A stretch of DNA of 64,000 nucleotides from an uncultured Verrucomicrobiae bacterium (GCA_963788655.1 CAWBHS010000088.1:255580-319579), one strand, 5' to 3'; counted from the stretch's first letter, positions 31,488 through 42,003 are shown. The notes: a model not told the origin generated them from the letters alone. Translations and numbers: made by a program.

Positions 31488-32949
31488 TTGGCCCGCGTTG
31501 TCGTTCTAGGAGCCGGCGTCTCCGGCCACACCGCCGCCCTGTACCTCCGCAAGCGCCTCCCGCGCGCGCACGAGGTCGTGGTCGTCAGCCCCAACTCCCA
31601 GTACAACTGGATTCCCTCCAACATCTGGGTGGGCGTCGGCAAGATGAAGACCGACGACGTCGTCTTCCCGCTCGCTCCCATCTACAAGAAGAAGGGCATC
31701 ACGTTCGTGCAGGCCAAGGCCTTCGCGCTCTGGCCCGAGGGCGACGCCGACGACGCCCAGCCCGCCGTCGAGGTGGAGCACACCTCCGCCGAGCATGCGG
31801 GGGAGACCGAGAAGCTCCGGTACGACTACCTGATCAACGCGACCGGCCCCAAGCTCAACTTCGCGGCCACTCCGGGGCTCGGCCCCGACGACGGCCACAC
31901 GCTGTCCGTCTGCACGCCGTCCCACGCCACCGACGCCTCGGCGAAACTTGACGAACTCATCTCGCAACTGCGCGACGGGGCGAACAAGCGCGTCGTCATC
32001 GGCGTCGGCCATGGGACCTGCACGTGCGAGGGGGCGGCGTTCGAGTACACGTTCAACGTCGAGCACGAGCTGCGGGCCGCGGGAGTGCGCGACCAGGTCG
32101 AGCTCGTGTACCTCACGAACGAGAACGAGCTCGGCGACTTCGGGGTGGGGGGCATGCAGTTCGAGCAGAACGGCTACCGCACCTCGAGTCAGCTCTGGAC
32201 CGAGAGCCTGTTCCGCGAACGCGACGTCAAGGCCATCACCGGTGCGGCCGTCACGACGATCGACCCGGGCGTGATCCACTACGACCAGCTCGACGGCACG
32301 CACAACACGCTCGAGTACGACTTCGCCATGCTGCTCCCGCCGTTCCGTGGGGCGGACTGGAAGGCGTTCGACCGCGCGGGCGCGGACATCACCGACACGG
32401 TGTTCGCGCCCGAGCGGGTTCCTCAAGGTGGACGCCGACTACACCAAGAAGCCCTACGAGGAGTGGAGCGCCAAGGACTGGCCCCGCACCTACCAGAACC
32501 CGACCTACCCGAACGTGTTCGCCGTCGGCATCGCGTTCGCGCCACCCCACGCCATCTCCAAGCCGCGCGCGACGCCCGACGGCCTCGCCGTTGCCCCGAG
32601 CCCGCCGCGAACCGGAATGCCGTCCGGGACCATGGGCAAGGTCGTCGCCATGAGCGTGGCCGACATGATCGTGAAGGGTGCGGACCAGCCCACCCACAGC
32701 GCGTCGATGGCCGAGATGGCGGCGGCGTGCGTCGCGTCGGCCGGAACGGGGCTGCGGTCGGGGACGGCCGCCGCGATGACGATGAGTCCCGTGGTTCCCG
32801 ACTGGGAGAAGTATCCCGAGACGGGCCGCAACCTCAAGCAGACGTTCGGCGAGCTCGGCCTCGCGGGGCACTGGGTGAAGCGGATACTGCACACCCTGTT
32901 CATCTACAAGGCCAAGGCCAAGGCCGGCTGGACCTTCATCCCCGAGTGA
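31488..32949 (+). CDS. sqr: Sulfide:quinone oxidoreductase (one frameshift at CCC 32409-32411, likely sequencing error)
   Basis: VLGAGVSG FAD motif, WIPSNIW, SVCTP, CTCEGAAFEY, PPRTG, ACVASAG; removing one C joins VFAP-SGFLKVDA. Confidence 0.85.
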
Positions 32950-32972
32950 CCGATCCCGAAGGAGGGAGCGAC

Positions 32973-33119
32973 ATGGACAACACGAACGAGCGGATCGCGC
33001 AGGCACCGCTACCCACGCGCGGCGAGCTCCGTCGGCGTCGCGGGCTGGTGCGGCAGCTCATCCGCTTCACGCGCATCAACTGGACGATGTGGAGGCTGGC
33101 GCGCGCCACGCACCACTAG
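32973..33119 (+). CDS. 48-aa basic amphipathic protein directly downstream of sqr
   Basis: GGAGGGAG RBS; MDNTNERIAQAPLPTRGELRRRRGLVRQLIRFTRINWTMWRLARATHH. Confidence 0.7.
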   Translation: MDNTNERIAQAPLPTRGELRRRRGLVRQLIRFTRINWTMWRLARATHH

Positions 33120-33150
33120 CTGGTCACTCAACGGTTGCCGAATCGCGGCC

Positions 33151-33295
33151 CCGGGCGCCCCTGCAGGCGTTCGCGGTCGCGATTCTGCTTGGGTGCGGGG
33201 TGAGAGCGTCCCTGCAGGCGTTTACGGTCGCAAATCGCCGGATTCTCGACCATTTCTGCCTGCAGGGACGCGTCGACCGCGCGCGGCGTGGGGCG
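33151..33295. repeat. Palindromic repeat element copy A (three CCTGCAGG cores; 64-bp hairpin 33207-33270)
   Basis: CGTCCCTGCAGGC-38nt-GCCTGCAGGGACG; 63/64 identical to 34329-34392. Confidence 0.9.
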
Positions 33296-33322
33296 CAGGG
33301 ACTGACGTGTGCTCCGCGGCCG

Positions 33323-34177
33323 TCACGCGGCGCGACGGGCGCGCTCTCGCGCCGCGCGGCGACGTGCCGCCAGGGCCTTCCGGATTCGCGCACGACACCA
33401 CTCGGGGCGTTCGAGGATGTCCTCGAACGTCAGGCGAATGGTGGTGATGCCGACGCCCGCAAGTTCGGTGTCGCGCGCAAGATCGCGCCGTCGGGACGCG
33501 TCGTCGGAGTGGTAACGCCTGCCGTCCAGCTCGACCGCGAGTTGAGCGTCGTCGGCGTACATGTCGAGCACGAAGCGTCGCCCGCCCGCGCGCACCGGCA
33601 CCTGTCGCGCGAAGGAGGCGAACTCGCGGGTGTTGAATACCTGCGTCATCGCGACGTGCTCCAAGTAGCTTTCTGCGCCTCGCGAGAGGTCCGCGATCAG
33701 GCGGTCGAAGGCGCGGCGGTCGCGGATCCGCGGGTATTCGGCGGCGCGGCGCGCGAGATCCGCAGAGGCGACTCTTCGGTCGCGTACGGCGTCGACGATG
33801 CGGGCCGTCGCCTCGTCCCGTGGGCTCGTGCCCCATACGTGGATCAGCGCATCGGCGATGGTGACTGTCGGGAATCCGCGTGCGGTGGTGCGGGTGAGGG
33901 TGACGGATGGCTGGATCAGTGCGATCCAGCCGGGCGGCCGGAGGTGCACGTCTCGGGGCGCGACGAGGGTGACGCTGGTGGGGGCATTCTCGGTGAGCCC
34001 GTGCAGGAACGCGGCGGACGAGCCTCCGAGCACGCATCGGCCTGCGGACCACAGGAGGGCGGCCTCGCAGCGGACGCGAAAGTCGTGGGCATGTCGAGCT
34101 CCGGCGTAGACCGCCGGCGCGAGGCGCACGGCGTCTCCGTGCGCGATCGCGGTTTTCAGTTGCGCCTGGCTGAACAT
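33323..34177 (-). CDS. DUF559/Vsr-like PD-(D/E)XK endonuclease with AbiEi-like N-terminal region (start uncertain; frame open further upstream)
   Basis: VRLAPAVY, SSAAFLHGL, AESYLE, QVPV, LAVELDGRRYH, RRDLARD, IRLT. Confidence 0.85.
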   Translation of the reverse strand: MFSQAQLKTAIAHGDAVRLAPAVYAGARHAHDFRVRCEAALLWSAGRCVLGGSSAAFLHGLTENAPTSVTLVAPRDVHLRPPGWIALIQPSVTLTRTTARGFPTVTIADALIHVWGTSPRDEATARIVDAVRDRRVASADLARRAAEYPRIRDRRAFDRLIADLSRGAESYLEHVAMTQVFNTREFASFARQVPVRAGGRRFVLDMYADDAQLAVELDGRRYHSDDASRRRDLARDTELAGVGITTIRLTFEDILERPEWCRARIRKALAARRRAARERARRAA

Positions 34178-34272
34178 CCCGAGAAGTTCGGCGCGGAGGA
34201 ATGCGCGCGGCTCGCGGGCTAGGTGCGCGGCGAGCGGTGTGGTGTGCGTGTTCGCGCGCGTGGTGCGGGGTG

Positions 34273-34416
34273 CCGGGCGTCCCTGCAGGCAATTGCGGTC
34301 GATGGTGGACGTCGCCGGGCGGCGGAAACGTCCCTGCAGGCGTTTACGGTCGGAAATCGCCGGATTCTCGACCATTTCTGCCTGCAGGGACGTTTCGACC
34401 GTGCGTCGCGCGGGGG
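34273..34416. repeat. Palindromic repeat element copy B (hairpin 34329-34392)
   Basis: Same orientation and same 51/48-bp spacing of CCTGCAGG cores as copy A. Confidence 0.9.
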
Positions 34417-35307
34417 TCACGTCCCGTCGGCTGGGCCGTCGGCGCCGGTGATGCAGTTGCCGTTGAGGTCGCAGTCGACGCGGTGGGTGTGGGGGTTGTA
34501 CACGTGGACGGTGATGGGCGTGGACGTGGTGTGCGCGGTGCCGGGGGCGTTGTGCCAGGTGGCGCCGCCGTTGGTGGTGTACTCGCCGCGCCAGGACGTG
34601 GTGAGGCGGATCGTGACGTCCTGTTCGGCGTACATGTAGGTGTGGGTGACGGTGGCGTTCGGGTAGGGGGCGCCCGGCTTGGTGGTGACGGACTGTGCAC
34701 CATCGCCCCACGTCCACGTGTACGCGGAGGCACGGGCGCGGATGGTCACGGGGGTGCCCAGTAGCGTGACGGCGCGGGTGCGGGGGTTCTGGTCGACGTA
34801 GACGACGGTGGGCACGGTGGTGAGGACCCAGCCGGTGTCGGGTTGGATGGTGATGGTGTTCGGGGCGATCGGCATCTCGGCCCATGCGTTCGCGAGCGCC
34901 GCGGCGAACAGATCCGCCGTGCACTGGTAGCCGGAGCGCGACACCCACGCGGTCCACTCGCCGTTGGCTCGGCGATAGCGCATCCACCACGGGTCCAGGG
35001 CCTGGGTGCCGTCGGGGCAGTATTCGACGATGGGTAGCGTCGGGTACAGGCACGTGGGCGTGGTTCGCTCCTCGAGGTCGTAGTAGAGGCAGAACGGGGC
35101 GCGCATCCACTCCTCGACGCGACCCTCCTGCGACGACCCCGCCGTCGGAGCGCCCTGCGCTGCGGCGTCCGCCGCCGTTACGGATACGTGGTCCGTTTCG
35201 GTGCCTCCTCCGAACTCGGTACCGTAGGCAACCAACGCTGATTGCGCGACGAGGCCAAACGCGAAGGCACTCGCTAGTGCTGCAGTTCCCAGTCGTTTAC
35301 GAATCAC
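34417..35307 (-). CDS. Secreted protein with C-terminal PKD-like domain
   Basis: Signal peptide; YTWTWGDG, PGAPYP, VTHTY, TTSWRGEY. Confidence 0.75.
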   Translation of the reverse strand: MIRKRLGTAALASAFAFGLVAQSALVAYGTEFGGGTETDHVSVTAADAAAQGAPTAGSSQEGRVEEWMRAPFCLYYDLEERTTPTCLYPTLPIVEYCPDGTQALDPWWMRYRRANGEWTAWVSRSGYQCTADLFAAALANAWAEMPIAPNTITIQPDTGWVLTTVPTVVYVDQNPRTRAVTLLGTPVTIRARASAYTWTWGDGAQSVTTKPGAPYPNATVTHTYMYAEQDVTIRLTTSWRGEYTTNGGATWHNAPGTAHTTSTPITVHVYNPHTHRVDCDLNGNCITGADGPADGT

Positions 35308-35905
35308 GTTCGACCTCAACGCCAACGACTAGCCACTTTGCCCCGTCCATTCCGAGACGGAAATACGCGCGCCCGGTGAGGACTTCGCTCGCCTCATCTG
35401 CGCTTCCATCGGCGTGGTGAAGAACGAACGGAGACTGCGTGAACGACATGTCGACGTAGGTGTATCCGTCCTTCTCGTAGTAGTTCGCGCGGACGTCCGT
35501 CGAGTCGTATATGAGGTCGCCACCCGTTTCATAGTCGCCGATGGCGATTTCCTCTCGAGCGTCTTCGAGCGAGGACCCGCAGAACACGCATTCGGGTGCT
35601 GAGAGTGCTTCGATCACCCGAACGTCCCCGGTTTGGAACATTATGGAGAATTGCTCAAGGAAGAACTGCGCCGTCGCAATCGCCCCGCGCACGTCGCCAA
35701 ACGCGGCGTCGGGGGGCATCATCGCGAGGAGCTCCTCGTCGGTCAGGGGTCCGAGCGACACCGACGGCGAGGGGGACGTCGTCGCTGTCAGGGTGGGCAG
35801 GGTAGGGGTCGGAGTCTCGGTCACGATCCCGCCGTCGGTGCATCCCGCAAACACCGCGACGGCCGCAACGCTCGCCGCCACAGCGGCTATCTGTCGCACG
35901 TTCAT
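35297..35905 (-). CDS. DUF6318-like lipoprotein
   Basis: Lipobox FAGC; GAIATAQFF, TGD, SAPECVFC; overlaps PKD gene start. Confidence 0.7.
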   Translation of the reverse strand: MNVRQIAAVAASVAAVAVFAGCTDGGIVTETPTPTLPTLTATTSPSPSVSLGPLTDEELLAMMPPDAAFGDVRGAIATAQFFLEQFSIMFQTGDVRVIEALSAPECVFCGSSLEDAREEIAIGDYETGGDLIYDSTDVRANYYEKDGYTYVDMSFTQSPFVLHHADGSADEASEVLTGRAYFRLGMDGAKWLVVGVEVERDS

Positions 35906-36145
35906 GCCGCCGACGGTAGCGATGGCGGCATTATGGCGCTCGGCGAACGCCCAATGCTGTGGAAAACGGGCATAGTTCCCCTCGAATTCTCGGATTCGGC
36001 CTTGACTTCGATATCGATTTCGATATCGTTATCGTCTAGGTGCGGGGAGTAGGTCACCAGAACGTCCTGGTTGCGTCGATTGCTGCCGCAGTTGCCTTTG
36101 GCTGGCGGACGCTAATGGCGCATCGTCCCAACTAGGCGCGAGGTA

Positions 36146-36172
36146 GGGCGGGCGGCCCGGAGCCGCCCGCCC
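36146..36172. other. Perfect GC hairpin in intergenic region
   Basis: GGGCGGGCGGC-CCGGA-GCCGCCCGCCC. Confidence 0.5.
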
Positions 36173-36241
36173 GCCGCCCGCGAGACACGTCACCGCCCAT
36201 TCGCTAGCGTGGGCTCACCCGAGCATCGAGGGAGAGCACAC

Positions 36242-37216
36242 GTGACGCCGACGCCGGAATGGCACGAGTTATCTGACACCTCCCTCGGCATTCTCAACGG
36301 CATCATCCATCTGGTCCCGTTCCTCGTCATCGTCGCCGCGATGATCGGTATCGGGGCGTACTTCTCCCGGCGAACGCGGCACGGAAGCGAGCTCGCGAAG
36401 CAGCTGGGCTTCGAGCTCGGTTCGGCCGCGCTGCACACGAACGTGGACGCCTTCCCGCTCAACGTCGAGGGCGGCCTCTTCGGCGAATCGCAGATGTCGG
36501 CGAACGGATGGTGGCGAGGTCGCCGGGCCGAGAGCGTCCTGCTGTATCCGGGGGCGAAGGCGAGCATGGTCGCGGAGTTCCGGGTGGAGCTCGTCGAGAT
36601 CGACGAATACCTTCCGCGCGTGGAGTTCCTGTCGCGCCGTCGAGACTCCATCGTGCCCACGGGGGGCGGCAACGTCGTCGACGTCGAGTCGGACGACTTC
36701 AACCAAGCCTTCGACGTCATCGCCTCCAATCCGGCCTACGCGCATGCCGTCCTGCAACCGCGCATGATGGAACGGCTCCTTCGCGCCGACGTCGGCGACG
36801 CCTCCGTTACCGTCTGCGGGAACCGCGTCTTCTGCTGGCGTCCGGCGATCGAGGGCGTCTTGGGCGCTCGCGCGCGCCTCGACCTCATCAGCGATGTCGC
36901 CGACCTTCTCCCGCCGTTCCTCGTGGAGTTGTACGGCGAGAGTCCCCTGCCGAGCGCCGCGGACGCGACCGACGCGTCGGCTCCGGCCTCGCGGACAACC
37001 AGGAATTGGATGGCGTGGGCGGGCTGGGCCTGCCTGGTCACGCTTGTTCTGTGGCCCGTCGGGATATTGTTCGGCCACCTTGCGCTCCGCGCCGCTCGGG
37101 CGGGGACGGCGACCAACGCCCGGAGCGCGCGCGTGCTGCTCTACGTGGGGTACCTCGTGCCGGCGCTCGCGGTCCTCCTGTTCGCCTGCGCCCCGACGAC
37201 CGCTACGGTCGCCTAG
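36242..37216 (+). CDS. Membrane protein (DUF3137-like core plus C-terminal DUF4190-like TM pair); start uncertain
   Basis: N-terminal [32 protein letters not shown]. Confidence 0.65.
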   Translation: MTPTPEWHELSDTSLGILNGIIHLVPFLVIVAAMIGIGAYFSRRTRHGSELAKQLGFELGSAALHTNVDAFPLNVEGGLFGESQMSANGWWRGRRAESVLLYPGAKASMVAEFRVELVEIDEYLPRVEFLSRRRDSIVPTGGGNVVDVESDDFNQAFDVIASNPAYAHAVLQPRMMERLLRADVGDASVTVCGNRVFCWRPAIEGVLGARARLDLISDVADLLPPFLVELYGESPLPSAADATDASAPASRTTRNWMAWAGWACLVTLVLWPVGILFGHLALRAARAGTATNARSARVLLYVGYLVPALAVLLFACAPTTATVA

Positions 37217-39917
37217 CCCTCGGCGGGGATGAGCTCCGCGCCGCGCGTCGTGATGACGCCGTCGCCGCCGTCGGGCACCGGCACGATCGCGAGGTCGCGC
37301 ACGCGGCCCGCGGCCGTGAGGTCCCGCTCGGCGGCCGCGACGAACGCGACCTGCGCCTCGGGCACGAGCAGTTCGACCGACGCGATCTCCGTCCGCTGGG
37401 ACACCTTCGCCTCGGACTTGATCTTGCGTAGCGCCGCCAGCGCGCCGCCCGCGGCCTCGAGCAGCGCAGCGCCGCCCGCGACCACCTCGGAATCGCTCCC
37501 GGCGGCCGCCGCGCGGAGCGGTCCGGCCTCCGGCCACGTCGAGCGGTGCACGGAACCCTCGCGCCACCACGACCAGACCTCCTCGGTCGCGAACGGCAGC
37601 ACCGGCGCGAACAGCAGCAGGAACGTCTCGAGGGCGACGGTGAGCGCCGCGCGGGCCGACGCGGGCCTCGGGAGACGCCTCTGCGTACGGGTCCACCGGC
37701 GTGCCGGGCGCGGACCCCGCGTAGGCGCGGTCCTTGATCAGCTCGAGGTAGTCGTCGGTGAACGTCCAGAAGAACCGCTCCACCGCCTCGAGCGCGCGCG
37801 TGTGGTCGTACGCCTCGTAGGCGGCGGTCGCGCACGTCCACGACGTCGGCCAGCGCGTTCAGCAGCGCCCGGTCGAGGTCCTCGGTCACGTCGGCGCTCG
37901 TCACGTGAGCGGCCGCCTTCAGCCCCGCGGCGAGAGACTCGTTGGCCGCGCCCTCGATCCCGGTCACGCCGAGCACGAACTTCGAGGCGTTCAGCACCTT
38001 GGTCGCGAGGCGTCGCCCGATCTTCATCTGGCCCGTGTCGAACGCCGCGTCCATGCCAAGCCGCGCCGACGCCGCCCAGTACCGCACGGCGTCGGGCCCG
38101 TGCTCCTGGAGCAGCCCCAGCGGGGTGACGACGTTGCCCTTGGACTTGGACATCTTCTTGCGGTCGGGGTCGAGGATCCAGCCGGAGATCGCCGCGTGCT
38201 TCCACGGCAGCGAGTCGTGCTCCAGGTGCGAACGGACGACGGTGGAGAACAGCCACGTACGAATGATGTCCTGGCCCTGGGGGCGCAGGTCCATGGGGAA
38301 GGTCGCGGCGAAAAGGGCGGGGTCGGTGCGCCACCCGCACGCGATCTGCGGGGTGAGCGACGACGTCGCCCACGTGTCCATGATGTCCTTCTCGCCGATG
38401 AAGCCGCCGGGCACGCCGCGCTTCGACTCGTCGAAGCCGGGCGCAGCATCGGACGACGGGTCGACGGGCAGCGCAGTCCTCGCCCGGGAGGATGGGGGAG
38501 TCCCACACGGGGTTGCCAGCTGACGTCGAGCGGGTACCACACGGGGATGGGAACGCCGAAGAAGCGCTGGCGCGAGATGAGCCAGTCGCCTTGGAGGCCC
38601 GTTGACCCAGTTCTCGTAGCGCACGCGCATGAAGCCCGGCTCGAATGCGAGTTCGGCGCCTCGCTGCACGAGCGTCGCGTTAAGCGCCGTGTCCTTGCCG
38701 CCGTTCGCGATGTACCACTGGCGGGTCGTGATGATCTCGAGCGGGCTTGTCGCCCTTCTCGAAGAACTTCACGGGGTGCGTGACGGGCTTGGGTTCCTCG
38801 GTCATCGCGCCAGACTCGCGCAGCAGCTCGACGATGCGCTTCTGGGCGCTGAACACGGTCAGTCCCGCGAGTTCGGCGTACGCGGCGAGGCCGGCCTCGG
38901 TCTCGATGCCCGTGGGCGGCTCGGCCAGCACGCGCCCGTCCCAGCCGAGCATCGGGCGCGTCTCGCAGTTGGAGCTCGCGCCACCATGTCACGTCGGTGG
39001 TGTCGCCGAAGGTGCAGATCATCGCGATGCCGGAGCCCTTGTCTGGGCGCGGCGAGGTAGTGCGCCACCACCGGCACCTCAACCTCGAATAGCGGCGTGC
39101 GCACGGTGCGTGCCGAAGAGCGGCTTGTACCGCTCGTCGTCGGGGTGCGCGACGAGGGCGACGCACGCGGGGAGTAGCTCGGGTCGGGTGGTCTCGATGA
39201 AGACGTCGCCTGAGCCGTCGGCGCGCGGGAACGCGAGCCGATGGTACGCGCCAGGCATGTCCCGGTCCTCCAAGTTCAGCCTGCGCGACGGCGGTGCGGA
39301 ACGTCACGTCCCACAGCGTCGGCGCCTCGGCCTGATACGCCTCGCCGCGCGCGAGGTTCCTGAGGAACGCCTGCTGCGCGACGCCCTGCGCCTCGGGGGA
39401 GATGGTCTGATAGGTGCGCGACCAGTCGACGCTCAGCCCCAGGTGGCGCCAGAGCGACTCGAACTGCTTCTCGTCCTCCTCGGTAAGGCGCTCGCAGAGC
39501 TCCACGAAGTTGCGCCGTGAGATCGGCATCTGGTCTGCGGCCTTGGTGGATTTCCCTTCCCCTCCCGAATGCGGGGGCTCGAATCCCTCGACGTAGGGAA
39601 GCGACGGGTCGCACCTCACGCCGAAGTAGTTCTGCACGCGTCGCTCGGTGGGCAGGCCGTTGTCGTCCCAGCCCATCGGGTAGAAGACGTTCATGCCGCG
39701 CATGCGCCGGTACCGGGCGATGAGGTCCGTGTGGGTGTAGCTGAAGACGTGGCCGACGTGGAGGGACCCGGAGACGGTGGGGGGAGGCGTGTCGATGGAG
39801 AAGTTGTTCTCGCGGGGTTGCTCGGGGTCAAAGCGGTAGGTGCCAGCGTGCCTCCCAGGTGGCGTTCCAGCGGTCGTCGAGGCCGTCGACCGTTGCTTTC
39901 TCTGGGATGCGCGTCAT
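37213..39917 (-). CDS. valS: Valine--tRNA ligase (multiple frameshifts, most likely sequence errors)
   Basis: [58 protein letters not shown] distributed over several frames. Confidence 0.93.
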
Positions 39918-39967
39918 GGCGGTCATTCTTCCAGACCGTCGCGCAATCGAAGGAATCGACGGATGCG

Positions 39968-41767
39968 CTACGTCTCGGCGTCGGTCGGGTGTTCCTTCGG
40001 GTCGCCTGTGGGATCGTCGGTCGTTTCATCCGAAGTCCGTTCGGAGGATGAAGACGTCTGGAGAGTTCCGGTAGCGCGCCTGCGCCACCAGCGCACGCCG
40101 TAACCTCCGGCTCCGGCCAGGACAACGACGCCTGCGATCGCCAAGTAGAGCAAGCTGACGTTTCCAGAATCACCGGAGTCGGAAGCGCTCGGTGAAGAAT
40201 TCACGGAAGCCGAGGGGGAGGTCCCGGTTGTGGGTTGTATGCCGGTGGAGGTCGACGGCTGTGGGCTTGGGTCAATCGTCACGGTCGGAACCGGCGTGGC
40301 AGTTCCCGGCGTGGCAGTTCCCGGCGTTGTCGGGAGTTCCTCGCCGATGTACAGGGTCCTGTAACTCGCGTTGCCGAACACCCACGTGGGCATGCTGTAG
40401 CCGGTGTTGTCGTTCTGCGGGGAGATGAACACGATGGGCGAGTCACCGCCGGGACCGAAGGGGTTCTGCGACGCGTCATTCGTCTTCGGTTCGGGGCCTT
40501 CCATGGTGACCGTTTGGAGAGGATTGCCGTCGAAGGCCGCGTCGAGGATGTAGATCACGGAGTCGGGGATGGTGACCGACGTGAGGGCGTTGTCGCGGAA
40601 CGCCCAGGACTCGATATGGGTCACTGAGTCGGGGATGGTGACCGACGTGAGCGAGTTCCCGTAGAACGCCTGGCTGTCGATGAGCGTGACGGAGTCGGGG
40701 ATGGTGACCGAGGTGAGGAGGTTGTTGTCGAATCCGCCGAGGGAGGTGACGGAGTCGGGGATGGTCACCGACGTGAGGGAGTTGTGGGCGAATGCCTCGG
40801 GCTTGATGACGGCGACGGAGTCTCCGAGGGTGACCGAGGTGAGAGAGTTCCCTTCGAAGGCGGACTGACCGATGCTGATCACGGAGTCGGGGATCGTCAC
40901 CGAGGTGAGGAGGTTGTCGGAGAACGCGCTTTCGCCGATCTTGGTAACGGAGCCGGGGATGATGACCGACGTGAGCGAATTGTCGCTGAACCCGCTGAGG
41001 GACGTGACCGAGTCGGGGATGACGACCGACGTAAGGGAGTTGCCGGAGAACGCCCTGACTTCGATGGTGCTGACGGAGTCGGGGATGGTGACCGAGGTGA
41101 GGGAATTGTGGGAGAACGCCCCGCTACGGATGGTGGTGACGGAGTCGGGAATCGTCACCGAGGTAAGGGAGTTATAGGCGAACGTGGCCTTGTGAACGAT
41201 GGTGACGGACTCGGGGATGACGACTGCCGTGAGAGAGTTCCCATTGAAGGCGTAGTCGCCGATGACGTTAACGGATCCGGGGATGGTGACCGAAGTGAGG
41301 GAGTTATTGGCGAAGGCGGAATCGCCGATGACGGTGACGGAATCGGGGATGACGACTGAAGCAAGCGCGTTGCTCTTGAAGGCTAAGTTGTCAATCGTCG
41401 TGACGGAGTCGGGGATCGTGACCGAGGTCAGGGAGTTGAGGTAGAACGCGCGTCGACCGATCTTGGTGACGGAGTCGGGAATCGTGACCGAGGTGAGGGA
41501 ACAGCTGTTGAACGAATCGGAGCCGATGACCGTGACATCGTACTCAGTGGAGTTGATGGTGACGGTGGAGGGGATGACAGGGGTCGTGCTGGTTCCGACG
41601 AAGTCCGTGATCTGGGCGCCAGCCGCAACGTTGGCTGGGTCGTACCGGTAGGTGAAGTCGCCGATCGTCCTGGTAGTCGACTCCGCCGACGCCGACGCTG
41701 TCGAAATAGCCGCGACGAGTGCCGTCACGACCGCAATGGCGAACAATCGGGGTCGAATTCGTTTCAC
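39968..41767 (-). CDS. BspA-type leucine-rich repeat surface protein
   Basis: Signal peptide, 15 repeats of NSLTSVTIPDSVTxIxxxAF, Thr/Pro/Ser linker, C-terminal TM and basic stop-transfer. Confidence 0.9.
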   Translation of the reverse strand: MKRIRPRLFAIAVVTALVAAISTASASAESTTRTIGDFTYRYDPANVAAGAQITDFVGTSTTPVIPSTVTINSTEYDVTVIGSDSFNSCSLTSVTIPDSVTKIGRRAFYLNSLTSVTIPDSVTTIDNLAFKSNALASVVIPDSVTVIGDSAFANNSLTSVTIPGSVNVIGDYAFNGNSLTAVVIPESVTIVHKATFAYNSLTSVTIPDSVTTIRSGAFSHNSLTSVTIPDSVSTIEVRAFSGNSLTSVVIPDSVTSLSGFSDNSLTSVIIPGSVTKIGESAFSDNLLTSVTIPDSVISIGQSAFEGNSLTSVTLGDSVAVIKPEAFAHNSLTSVTIPDSVTSLGGFDNNLLTSVTIPDSVTLIDSQAFYGNSLTSVTIPDSVTHIESWAFRDNALTSVTIPDSVIYILDAAFDGNPLQTVTMEGPEPKTNDASQNPFGPGGDSPIVFISPQNDNTGYSMPTWVFGNASYRTLYIGEELPTTPGTATPGTATPVPTVTIDPSPQPSTSTGIQPTTGTSPSASVNSSPSASDSGDSGNVSLLYLAIAGVVVLAGAGGYGVRWWRRRATGTLQTSSSSERTSDETTDDPTGDPKEHPTDAET

Positions 41768-41965
41768 GTTGCGCTCCAATTCGCGGATCCTCACGGGTAC
41801 GGTGACGCGTCCGCAAGGTTCTGGTTCACACTATCGGAGGTCCCGCCGGCCCGTTCGATAGAAGCCCGGAAGTGACGGCGCTCGTCGTGGGCGACGCGTC
41901 GCCCTTGCTGTCGCGGCGGACACGGTTCGGCGTCTACGGTCACAATTCGCTTACCCCGGACAAGA

Positions 41966-42003
41966 CGAAACCCCGATCGGCTGAGGGTCGGATCGGGGCT
42001 TCG
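41966..42003 (-). terminator. Strong hairpin, probable terminator between rskA and LRR gene
   Basis: Minus strand CGAAGCCCCGATC...GATCGGGGTTTCG then TCTTGT; mismatch is G-U only on minus strand. Confidence 0.5.

Noticed and set aside
32405..32415. Programmed frameshift in sqr
   Set aside because: No slippery heptamer; a single extra C amid many similar indels in the window points to sequencing error.
33151..34416. CRISPR array or IS element interpretation of the CCTGCAGG repeats
   Set aside because: No run of equal repeats with unique spacers, no cas genes, no DDE/HUH transposase, no clear target-site duplication.
33323..35110. 595-aa ORF apparently fusing upstream sequence to DUF559
   Set aside because: The N-terminal half is an off-frame reading of the PKD gene and repeat B; only the C-terminal ~290-310 aa look like protein.
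35902..36057. 51-codon minus-strand ORF (VTYSPHLDDNDIEIDIEV...) ending at the DUF6318 start
   Set aside because: No RBS, atypical codon usage; the downstream gene has its own leaderless-type -10.
40535..41510. 66-bp periodic repeats as CRISPR or DGR target
   Set aside because: They are in-frame LRR coding repeats; no reverse transcriptase or template repeat in the window.
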